In this document: one piece after another, positions 13,701-25,700 of the stretch
How positions within the stretch are numbered: position 1 is the stretch's first letter
Layout of the letters: each line of letters opens with the position of its first letter
Assembly: GCF_035084215.1 (NCBI RefSeq)
Contig: NC_090337.1
Location: 31,620,001 to 31,684,000 of the forward strand
Length of the DNA: 64,000 bases
From: Heptranchias perlo
Taxonomy: Eukaryota
Direction of reading: 5' to 3'
The notes under the pieces: generated by a model
Seen by the model: the letters and a program-made list of their open reading frames with translations, nothing else
What the model was told of the DNA's origin: nothing
Databases searched by the model: none
Position numbers and translations under genes: made by a program

Positions 13701-16700
13701 TTAACATGCATTTCAGGTTTTTGTTTATACTGTCATCCCATCTGGAGTATCTAGAGGCAGGGGTGGGGGGTGGGTGCCATTTATGTCCACATAAATAGTC
13801 ATCAGTCAAGTGCTACTCACACTTACAATACAAGAGATTTGTAAATAGTCACAAGTGTGCTAGTTTTTGGCATATATGTGACTTTTGTTGGATTATCACA
13901 AGTCCAGTTAGTTTTATTGTGTAAATTTAAATGTTAAGTGGTAAGAATGACCTTTCTACCATTAAACCCTGTCTCCAAGCAACAAGATAATTCATTGCAG
14001 CTTTGTCCTGACATATTGTATAACCTATAGGGCAGATTTTCAACTTCCTGCCCTGGTGTAAGACTGGCATCATAGATTGGCCACCTGTTATACAAACTGG
14101 CTGATTTTTATTTCCATCTGATCCGCAATGCCAGTTTTATGCCTGGGCAGCAAGTTGAAAAAATACACCTATGTGTCTCAGCAAATGTAACATCAAAAGT
14201 AAGGTGCTTTTGTTTTTTATTGGTAGAAAGGCCAACTTGCAACACAGCTTTATGTTGCAAATAACCTTGAAAGTTCACAATGTAACGGGAGTGCATGAAC
14301 TGTGTGCATGAGCCCCGAAACGGGCAGTGCACCCAGAAGTGAGAGTGATGTGGAGGCCTGGCTGATTTTGGCTGCCAGGTCTCATTTCCATAAGATTGGC
14401 GCCATCCTTTTCTAGCTCTGCTCAGCAGGACAGAGATACAGAACTCCGGGACCAAGCCACGAGAAAGAAAATGCTCGAGACATACCAGCAAATGTATGAA
14501 GTATTGGCTAGCCTGCCAAACACTTTGACCACTCCGGTGGGAAGGATGGAGGAGTCAACTTCCAGCATGTGTGGGGTGCTGTCGCAGGGCATTCCCGTTC
14601 TTCAATCTACCCTGAACCGTGAGGCCACTTCCAGGGACACTGCAGCCAATCCCTCTCAGCAGCTCTGCTCAAGCCACTGGGGTTGGACTTCGTAGAAGTA
14701 ATTGAGTCATCAAACCTTCAGTTAAAAAGAGCACTGTGGGTTGGTAAAGTTTGTTTTGGTGTACACCTTCACTTTTAGCATTTTGGTATCCCAGCATCTG
14801 TAGAGCAGCTTATGAGTCTGTCTTGTTAGTATGTCCTTGATTTGAAAGTTAACTGAATGATTTTAAGGCTACAAAATGCAGGACTGTTAGTGCAAAGGGG
14901 TTTGGTCTCAATGGAGAAAGAAGTGTTTAGGTGAAGCGCTGAGCTGTCAGTGCATCCCTTGCATCTTGGGCTGCTAGGTGTTCCTCACGCCCTTCTTCAT
15001 GTCATTCAGCATGGTCTTCACCCTCTTCTTCCTCATCAGATGAGAAATCCTGTTGCCCTTTTAACTTTGTTGTGCTATGTTATGAAGGACGCACAGTGAT
15101 TCGTGAGACTCTGGCTGGGGAATATTGCAGGGAGCCCCCAAACCTATCAAGGCATCTAAGGCACAGGAAATGTTAATGACAAAGTTGTGTGAAGCTGTTT
15201 TGGGACAATGTATTTGCTACATGTGGACAGAAGGGCTCCTTATGGTTAGTGCTCTGACAATGATCGAAATGTATCTTTTATCGGTGCCTGGCACACCAGT
15301 CTTCAAGTCTACATGGGTGTTTCAGGATCTACTTTCTCATTGTCACTGCCTCTTTCCTATGCTGTGTTGCCTTTTGGATTCTGCTTTTCTTCTTTTGCGG
15401 TTACGCCTCTTTGCAGAGCAAAGTTGGGGAGTGTGCATGACCCTACAGTGATCCGCCAGACCCTGCAAGCCTATATTTTAATGTAGTCCCTGATCTATGC
15501 AGCCATCTGAAGCACTGCTTCAGAATACCAGTGGCATGCTCAGTAATGATTCTAGTGGCTGCATGGGCCTCGTTACATTTTCATTCAGATTCTCTGTGTG
15601 GCTGCTCCATTAAACAAAGATGAAGAAAGTAGCTTTGTACTCCCAGTTGGTATTCTTCCAGTCTCCCTTCACCTGCAAATTAGGCTGGCACAGATGATTG
15701 ATACAAAATAATGGCATCACAGCAACTGCCAAAGAACTGGACATTGCCCTGCATGATTCTGTTCTGGTGGTCACAGATCAGCAGAGCACTGAGATTGTAG
15801 AACCCTTTCTGTTTTGGCAGGCTACAGCTTCATGGGGAAAAGCTCAAAGGCAACATGGGTTCAATCGATCACCGCTTATACTTGTGGAAGGCCAGCAATG
15901 TGATAAAAATGTAAAACCCTCTCACACAGCTACAGCTGCATAGTGGTGAATGTTTGGAAGATTTTGACTCTCCTATTTATAGCACCAGTCACCCTTTTGA
16001 TGCAATTATAAGTACTGAACTGGGTGACACTACAAATCTCCTGCAAGCTAGTCTGAAAGGAGCTGGAAGATTAGAAATTGAGAGCTGCGGCCTTGACAGT
16101 CACTGGATGTGCCATCCAGATTGCATATGCTGTCTGGAGATGGCACAGCTCAGTCATTGCTTCCCTGCTAAACCTTAGCTTCCTTGTGCACTGTTCTTCA
16201 GTTAACCTAGACAGCTGCCACGAGGACAATAAAACCAATGGATATATTGCAATGAGTTTGGACATTACGCCTTTAACGCCATCTCACATCTCTGCCAACC
16301 CATTCCTGCTCCTGCTACTGCTTATCTTCCTCAACTAAGCCAAGTGCTCTGGGAGCACTGAATGCAATCCCCATTGAGCTGCATTTATAGAAAAATGTTG
16401 ATTGGAATGAATTCTAAAAATCAACTGCTTCTTGATGAATCTCCACTACAGAAACACCGGGCCCGATAATAGCGCAGAGGCGAAACCTGGAAGAAAGTTA
16501 TGGTGCGTTGGAATGTCCGATTTCAACATGACTATCTAATTATAATTTTACTTCCGGATTTCGTGACTCCAATGAGCGACAGCGGGCGTGATGTGGATCC
16601 GCATGTCGTAATCTCAACTCGACTATTTAAAGGGCCAATTCAAAGATGGAATTTGGAGGAGTTAGGTACAGCGAGATGGCAAAGTTTAAAGATGGACTTG

Positions 16701-19700
16701 GTGGTCAAGGGCTGTGCCCTGGTTTAACGACACACCACTTGATGTACTGCTGGGTGCAGTGAGGAGCAGGAAGGAAATAATCTTACCCAGCAATAGCAGG
16801 AAGTAACCTGCTGCTGTCACCAAGAAGGTATGATTGGAGATGGCTGTGGAGGTCAGCAGCAGGAGTATTGTAGCCGCATTCCTGGATCCAGTGCAGGAAG
16901 TGCTTTAATGACCTAACCAGGTCACGAAAGGTGAGTACAGTTGTAGATTCACCTGTATCCTGTAGTGCACACCACCATCACCCCCTCCCCACCTCACTCT
17001 GTCTTGTCAAGAACACCCATCGTTCACTTTCTATGCACTTCCTCACCTCCCCATTTATCCATCTACCACTGCCACCCACCCCAATCCTTATGCAATGTGA
17101 TGCATCTGCCTGATAGACACCCTCACTGAATATACTGCACCGAATGTCCTCAGGGAGATGGGACACGTGCTGTGTGAGCCCCTTGCCCGTATTTTTAATA
17201 GCTCACTGCAATCATAGACTGGAACAAGGCTAATGTAGTCCCTATCTTTAAAATAGGTGACACAACGAACCCAAGTAGCTATAGACCCATTAGTTTGTCA
17301 ACAGTAATAGGAAAGATGCTTGAAGGAATCATTAGGGATGTAATATATGATTACTTGGATAGAGAGGGATATACTGGGGACACCTAACATAGCTTCAAAA
17401 AAAGGTCAAGTCTAACAAATTTGATTATATTTTTGAAGAAGTCACCAAATTGGTGGATGAGGGAAGCACAGTAGACATTGTCTACTTGGACTTCCAAAAA
17501 GCTTTCGACAAGGTACTGCATAAGAGACTTCTCTATAAGATCGGAGCCTCTGGTATTAGTGGTAATACATTGAGCTGGATTGAGAACTGGCTGGAAAGAA
17601 GTAGGCAGAAAGTAGTCATAGATGGATCTGGATCCGTTTGAAGACCCATCACCAGGGGTGTCCCGCAGGGATTGGTGTTGGGACTGTTGCTTTTTACTGT
17701 TTTTATTAATGATCTCGATGTAGGTGTTAGGGGTACAATCTGCAAATTTGCAGATGATACCAAGATCTGTCCGAGTGTCAGGACTGTAGACGATACTCGA
17801 CTGCTTCAGGTGGATCTTGATGCGTTGGGGGACTGGATTCGTGACCAGCAAATGATGTTTAATTTGGAGAAATGCAGTGTTATGTATGTGGGCAGGACAA
17901 ATGATCAACACGCATACACGCTTCAAGGAAGAGCATTAAAGCAGGTGGCGAAAAAAAGAGATCTGGGCATTCTAGTGCATAGGTCTCTTAAGGTTCATGA
18001 GCAATGCCGTAAAGTGATAGCTAGAGCAAATAGGGTGTTGGGGTGCATTTATAGGACAATTGGCTATAAGACAAAGCATACTACTTTGTCCTTGTACAAG
18101 AACTTGGTCAAGCCTCATTTGGAATATTGTGTCCAATTTTGGTCTCCTCACATGGTGGGTCATATTGAGGCTTTGGAAAGGGTGCAGAGAAGGGCCACTA
18201 AACTAATTCCCAGCTTAAAGCATCTTAGTTATCAAGATAGGCTAAAAGAATTTGGACTCTACATTTCAGAGAAGCGTAGACTTAAGGGGGATCTGATTGA
18301 GCTTTATAAGATTATGATAGGAATAGATTGTGTTCCTATTGACAGTTTGTTCCAATTAAATACGTTAGGGAGGTCCAGGGGTCGCAATTTTAAGTTGTAC
18401 AAGGCAAGATCTAGGTTAGATATTAGGAAGTGGTTCTTTTCCCAGAGAATAGTGGACTTCCGGAACAGGCTGTGGTTGAAGCCGATTCAATGATTTCTTT
18501 CAAGCGAGGTTTCTTTCAACCTGTTTCTGGCTGGGGCGGAGATCACCTCTCACAAAAGGTAGGTAATGTATAAAATTATCAGGGCCAGAGTGATCTCCTG
18601 GACTAGTTTTGATTGCCAAAGGGGTTGGAGAGGAACTGCCCAGATTTTTTTCCCCCAAATTGGCTGGGTTTTTATTGTTTTGTTTGCCTCTCCCAGGAGA
18701 TACATGGTGTGAGGTGGGGAGTATATATATTGTGATACATAAGGTATCACATGATTGTGTGGGACAGGCTGGATGGACCAGAGGGTCTTTTCCTGTCCGT
18801 CATTGTTCGTACCCATTGGGTGAACACAATAGTCACTCACAGCTCTGTTCTTTCCCCTGTTGCAGGAGAAGAGAGCACAAAACACAAGAGAGAGGACTGG
18901 AGGTGGCCCGCCTCAGATTGTGCAGCTGACAGCTGCAAAGGAAGAGACATTGGTGATCAGTGGCATCTCTGCGTCCGTGACCATCGAAGATGGAGAGACT
19001 GGGATTTTGCAGCTGCCTGGTGACAGAATTAAATATCTCTGACACACACCTCATTCAAGAATGAGTCATGTTGACTTGATTTCAGCAACGAGTGAAATAT
19101 GATAAGCGTAATTATGCTGATTGGCAATATTGTTACATTGCCAGTACTAATTCATATCCGTTTCTTGTCATGCGTAGAACTGCAGTCTGTCGACTTTCCT
19201 GATGACAATTCCTGAGAGGACCTGATTCCTTCTGAGAGTGCACCATCACAGGACAGACTACCAGGCACCAGCGCAAATACTCGCATTTCAGTGGGTCCAG
19301 TTAGACGACGACGACGACAACAACAACATTTATATAGCACCTTTAACGTAGTAAAACGTCCCAAGGCACTTCACAGGAGCATTATCAAACAAAATTTGAC
19401 ACTGAGCCACTTAAGGAGATATTAGGTCAGGTTGGTCAAAGAGGTAGGTTTTAAGTAGCATCTTAAAGGAGGAGAGAGAGGTAGAGAGACGGAGGGATTT
19501 AGGGAGGGAATTCCAGAGCTTAGGGCCTCGGAAGCTGAAGGCACGGCCGCCAATGGTGGAATGATTAAAATCGGGAATGCACAAGAGGCAAGAATTGGAG
19601 GAGGGTTGTTGGGCTGGAGGAGGTTACAGAGATAGGGAGGGGCGAAGCCATGGAGGGATTTGAAAATAAGGATGAGAATTTTAAAATCAAGGCGTGGCCA

Positions 19701-22700
19701 GACCAGGATCCAACCGCGAGCACAAGAGTGATGGGTGAACGGGGCTTGGTGCGAGTTAGGATACGGGCAGCAGAGCTTTGGATGGGCTCAAGTTTATGGA
19801 GGGTGAAAGATGGGAGGCCAGCCAAGAGGGCATTGGAATAGTCAAGTTTAGAGGTAACAAAGGTGTTGGGTTCCCGTTTGGGGGCACTCAGCCCCAGGTT
19901 ACCCTTTCAATAATTCGGCTTGGCAATCCCAATTGGGTATAACAGGGCTTTATTGCAACAGTAGCAGAATCAATAACACACAGTATTTTAGCAACAATTG
20001 ACAGAATCAAGATGGATATTACTCGGCCTGAGTCTCTGGACAGCAGCACTGCACGGTCTTGTTCGAATCTACTGTTGTGTTCTGTTCTTGTTGGGCCATT
20101 CATTTATACCCTACCCTATGGCTGTAACAAGGTTAAGGCTCCCTTAGGTCACCTGCCATTTAATGAGGTTACTTCACATGTGCTCTTGCATCAGCCAAAA
20201 CTTGTCACAGACAGGCTGATTGCCTTTGCTTTATCTAGCAGTTAGCGATGTTAAGGCTCCCTGAGGTCATCTGCCATTTAAAGACATTATCTTACAAAGG
20301 CATGGGTGAAGGTTTTGACAGCAGATGAGCTGAGGCAGGATTGGAGGCAGAGCTAGTTGGGTTTTCACCTGGTGAGTCACAGTTCACAAGTGAGCACGAG
20401 CAGACACTGGTGGCAGGGACAGCTGTGGAGAGTTCAGGTCAGGGGGTGCAATCCTCTCCAAGCTCTGCTCACCTGGACAAAGATGCTGAACCCCGGGGGC
20501 CATCGATAAAAAGGAGAATCATAGAGGGACAGCAGCAAATTTGCGAGGTACTGGCTGACGTGCCACGCACAATGTCCACAATAGCAAAGAGGATGGAAGA
20601 GTCCAGCTCAAACATTTGTGGATTGATGTCACAAGCCATTGCGAGAATGTCTGCCATGGAGAGAGTGGCCGCCTCCGTGGAACATCAATCACGGCTATCA
20701 AACCAGTCCATGTAGCCCATGACTTCGGCCATGCAGACTTTGGATGTCATCATTTCTGCTGCCTTAAACAGGATGACAGATACCTTGTCCGTGGCCTTAC
20801 AAGGCATCACTGATCTGCACCAAGCTGCTCCCCAGCAGAGAGGCAGGAGTGTTGTTGCTCTGGCCCAGGAGAGGAATGATGGCGAAAGGGGACGTGGAAG
20901 TGGGAATTCCATTCAAAGCGCTCCCATCTTTCACCCGTTGACCCACTCCTCAGCCAGTATCCATCATACTGCCTCATCTCCCGATGGCTGAGTCTGCCCA
21001 TTCACAGGTGCAGGTGGAGCAGTCTTAGGTGGGATGCTCATGGGCTCCAACACCCAGAGATCATCAGCCAAGAGCATCTCCGCAGTCAGATCAGGGATCT
21101 GAGCAGTCTGCCACTACCTCTGCAGTCAGATCAGGGATCTGAGCAGTCTGCCACTACCTCTGCTGAAGCCACAGGGGTTGCACCACGTAGGAGCGGTAGG
21201 CAAAGGAAAAGGAAAATATTGTAATTCACCAAGAGTACGCACATTGGTGTTTGTGAAAATGTTATGTTATTCAGTTTCCTTTTGTTACTACCTCACATAA
21301 AATGTATTAATTTGCACCACTTCCCCATGTTGCCCAATCTTGCGTGCTGAGTGGCAACTTGCCTTTTGAGTTACTTAGTGTTGAATGTGAAGACATGAAT
21401 TGACGGGACCAATTGAGGGATGTGCAATGGGTGGATGGTTGGTTACAGGACTGCTTTGTGTGAATGGGGGGATGGGGGATGGGGGGTCGGGGGGCCAGGG
21501 GATGTGATAGTTACTTTGGTCCGGTGTGAGTGACTAACTGAACCTTCGAGCTCTTAAGGCATCCCGAGCAGCAATGTGAGCGGTTGGTCTGGCGTTCAGT
21601 GCCCATCTTCATCTTTCTCCTCCTCCTCCTCCTCCTCATCCTCTCCATTGAAATCATCATCAGATGATGAGTGATGAACGCCTTGTTCCTCCTCCACCTC
21701 CAATCCTTGCTGCTGTGCTCATTCTGGTTATTGTCACCGCTGGGGAAGTTGACATAACTCACAGCCCTGGTAAATAATCCATCTGTCACCTGCCTTATGC
21801 ACTTATGTGCAGCTAACTGGGAGACCTTTGTGATGTCTCCGGTGGCACCCCGGAAGGAGCCAGAGGTAAAGAAATTGAGGGCAGTGGTGACTTTCACAGC
21901 AGCTGGCAATGCAAGGCCACCAGGTCCTGCAGGGAACAACTCTTCTTCTCGGAGGCTGCAGATGTCTGCGACCACCTGACGTCTCAATCTGAGTCTCCGG
22001 AAGCACTGCTCTTCACCCGTGCTGGAGGCATTAATTTCAAATCGCTGCCAAAATCTCATGAAAGTATCCCCATTAACATATTATAAGGACGGATCTGCCT
22101 CTCGAGAGCGGGTTTCTTGGCCGCACCCAAACACACTTCTGTTAAAAATGTTGAGGGTGAGTTGGGGTTGGCTTTCCCATTTTTGACATTTTTACTTTTG
22201 CCACTTACCACTAACCCATCCGTCATGGAGGGTTAAAATTCCCCCCACTGACTCAACTTCAAAACTCAAATTGTGTGAGTGGCAAAAATGCATTGCACAT
22301 GCATTGAGGAAGTTCTGCAAAATGTTCTGTCCCCCAGATAACTAACAGTTATGCCAGCTATAATAGTTTTTATTGTACTTATGCCTACATTGAAACCTAT
22401 TCAATGGCTAGGAATTTGGTTGGGGGTTCATTGTTCAGGAATCATGCCGTATGTTGCTTCTCAATTTCACTACCACATTCCCTTGAACTACCACTGGTTT
22501 AAGTCTTTATGCCAAAAGTAATTTCTAGGCTTAAAATTCAATTGATGTTAATTGTGACATATAGATAGCTCCTTCAACATTGTAAGTCTTACAAAGTATG
22601 TTAAGGTAACTTGAAGGAATAATCCAGGATCCAGCCCTACAATGCCCTATTTTTTGAATATTCATGTAAAAATACATTCCTGTTTTAACTTTTTAAACAG

Positions 22701-25700
22701 TGAAAAAAAGCCTAACAATGAAATGGCTAATTTTTCAATCAAGGCTACCCAACTTCGCACTATTTTGTAGTGTACAGTATTTATGTTGAATTCAGCAGTG
22801 TTTACTTGCTTTCTTGGGGTATGATACAGTGGAAGTTAAATGACATAGTACTTACTAATACAAACAATGAGCATCTTATATAGTTCTGTAACATTACATC
22901 CTGAGGGATCACACAGTCACTGTCTATCCTTGGTAAAGGGGGGTTTAGGTCAGAGAAGGAGGATTGGTAACAGGACTCATTAGACACATAGAATGTATTT
23001 TTAAACACCTTAGTGACAAATGTCTTTATATTGTTTTTTTTCCCAACAGGGAGGGAAGGGCAGCACTGGTCACCTCATTTTGCATATTTAAGTATATGGC
23101 TCTCTACAGCATGATCCAGTATCTTGGGGTTTTGTGTCTGTACTGGGTATGAGTAATTTTTTAAAAATTATTTTTATTGACAAAGAATGGGAAAATTTAA
23201 TTTCACTCAGGCAAATTATATATATTCATCTAATTTTGTGGATTCAAAATACCTTGGTTAAAATTCAGAGCACTATTTGTAAAGTATATCAAATCCATTC
23301 AGATTTGAAAGATTGGAATTAAGAAAAGACAAATTGATTGTTCTGGCTCCTGCTCTAAAACTCACCATGAATTCAAAAGTTTGATGTTTGCCACTAAAAA
23401 CGAAAATGTAAACCAAGAAAGTCTGAATCCACTTATTTAAAACTATTTCACATTGACTTTGATTTATGTTAAAATTCTGAAGTGTTTTATTTTTAATCAG
23501 GAATCTGTTTATTAAAATCATTTTGATCATTAAGATCATTTTGTTATCTATTTTCTTCATTTTTTTTTCATTCCTCCTTTGGAGATGTTGACTCCTGTTA
23601 CAGTTTCATTGGATGTTGTCAGTCTGCATTATCCTGCCCAACTGCCCAGTTTTTATGTATGAGTCCAGAGATTGAATCTGAATAGGTTATTCAATCAAAG
23701 CAAAGTCCAATCCTGTCCTTACCTGATATCCACATATCTACATTTTCTAGTAGGGGTGCGTGGATCGTGATCAAGAGTGGAAGCCTTGGCTGACTTTTCC
23801 CTCTTCAGCCAGGAATACTGAGACCAAATAGATTGGCCATCCCTACTGAAATCAGTTAAATAAGCACATTCCAAGGATTGAACCAAGGACCCTCCCAGTC
23901 TACAAAGTTCATACAACATGATGTAAATATGCATGTAGGGCACTCAGGGAGCCCATACTGATCCTTTACAATTTCATAACCCTCGCTATTTTGTAAAGCA
24001 GCATCTTATTAAAGCTTTAATCAAATTGAGGTATTATTTTGTCAATTAAAAGTAAGCTTGTGATCTGCATACTTAATGTAATATTGAAAATGTAATTTGT
24101 GTTACTTTTATTTCTGTACTGCCCAGCCAATTTTCTCTCCCCACACTGGCAACCACCTTAGCAACTGCAAAGTTTGCAGACAATATTTTAGTATTAAATA
24201 TGAATTTACAAATCACTTATATTCAGTGTATTAATATTTTTTTCCCATTTAGGAAGCAAATACTTTTGGGAATTATCAGTTTTTGTTTGAGGATCTAGCT
24301 ATTACAACAATTATTAGCATCACGAGTAAGTATTCTTACCATTATGTCCTGATAAATCATTTAGCTGATGTCATTGTTTTCTTGGGTTTTGGAATAATTT
24401 GTATAGACTTGTATCCTAAACTAACCAGAAATCTGAAATACTTCTGTGACAGCTGATTAAACAAGCTATAACAAAAACATTACATATCAGCTTCTACATT
24501 TCTTCAATCGATTTATAAATTGGTAAAATAAAGACTATTGGTAGTTCCTGGCCCCTGCACCACCACCCCCCCACACCCCAAGTCATAGATGAGAAGCAGC
24601 ATTATATACAACCATTTCATTAAGAAAAAATATTGAGTATGTTTGGTATAAAGTATTAATGTACACTTTTGCTTTATGTCAATATAAAATGCACAAATTT
24701 TGGTGATAATTTAATATGGTGATGTAAAGGTTTAAAAGGTATTTATTTTAATTTTATGTTGTTTACTCTCATTCCAAGTATCTGATAGACACTACCTTTT
24801 TTAGTTAGTCTTTGGTTGGGATGCTGAGACAGTAAAGGCCTGAAGCATCTCTGTGAATTCTGCCAGTGTTGATTACAGGAAAAACAGTGGTGCAATTCAT
24901 GAAAGAGTACTGCTGGCAATTCTCTCTAGATGGTTTTCTCTTTCTACCCTTGGGAACTCACTTCCCTGACTAGAGTCAAAGGGGGAGAAATTCAACTCAT
25001 GGATGGCCAAGAGTTGAAAATTGATGGGCGTCTCAACCGCCCCATTGACACCCAAGGCCCGCCTGATGCCATATTCAGGGAAGCTTGTAAATGGGTGAGC
25101 ATCCTGTCTACCTGAAACAAGCGCAAGGCTGCTTTACTATGCAAATTGGGGTCCTATGATTTTAACAGTAGTGATATTAATCTCATTGTTAAATCAAGGT
25201 ATAACTAACTTCAAGTTATTGATTTAAAAATGCTAAATTTTTACTGCAGTACAATATGTGATATGATAATATGCAATATATGTAGGACGATTACAACCTA
25301 GTAGAAAATATCAAAACTATAGCACAGAAACAGGCCATTCGGCTCAGCTGATCTATGCTGGCATTTATGCTCCACATAAGCCTCCTGCCTCCCTACTTCA
25401 TCTAACCCTATTAGCATACCTTTCTATTCCTTTTTCCCTCATATGCTTATCTAGCTTCCCCTTAAATGCATCAATGCTATTTGCCTCAACTACTCTTTGT
25501 GGTAGTGTGTTCCACATTCTTATCACTCTTTGGGTAAAGAAGTTTCTCCTGAGTTTACTATTAGTGACTATTTTACATTTCTGACCTCTAGTTTTGGACT
25601 CCCCCACATTATTTTTTTTAGAAAACTCTATTCTTCCCATCAGCTAGTGCTAATAGAACTGTGGTCCAAATATTATTTAAAAACCTTCCTGTTATGAGAT

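Larger units (their letters stand above)
16459..22246. mobile_element. Harbinger element with a spliced Myb/SANT gene (+) and an internally deleted transposase (-), interrupted by CR1, L2 and a solo LTR
   Basis: Myb exon 1 ~16690-16930 ([18 protein letters not shown]...QCRKCFNDL|GTGAGT). Exon 2 18866-19019 ([16 protein letters not shown]). Exon 3 is split across ~19185-19305 and ~20349-21225. Transposase ORF 21511..22059 ([10 protein letters not shown]...[22 protein letters not shown]). Ends GGGCCCGATAAT and GTTAAAATTCCCCCC. Confidence 0.8.
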
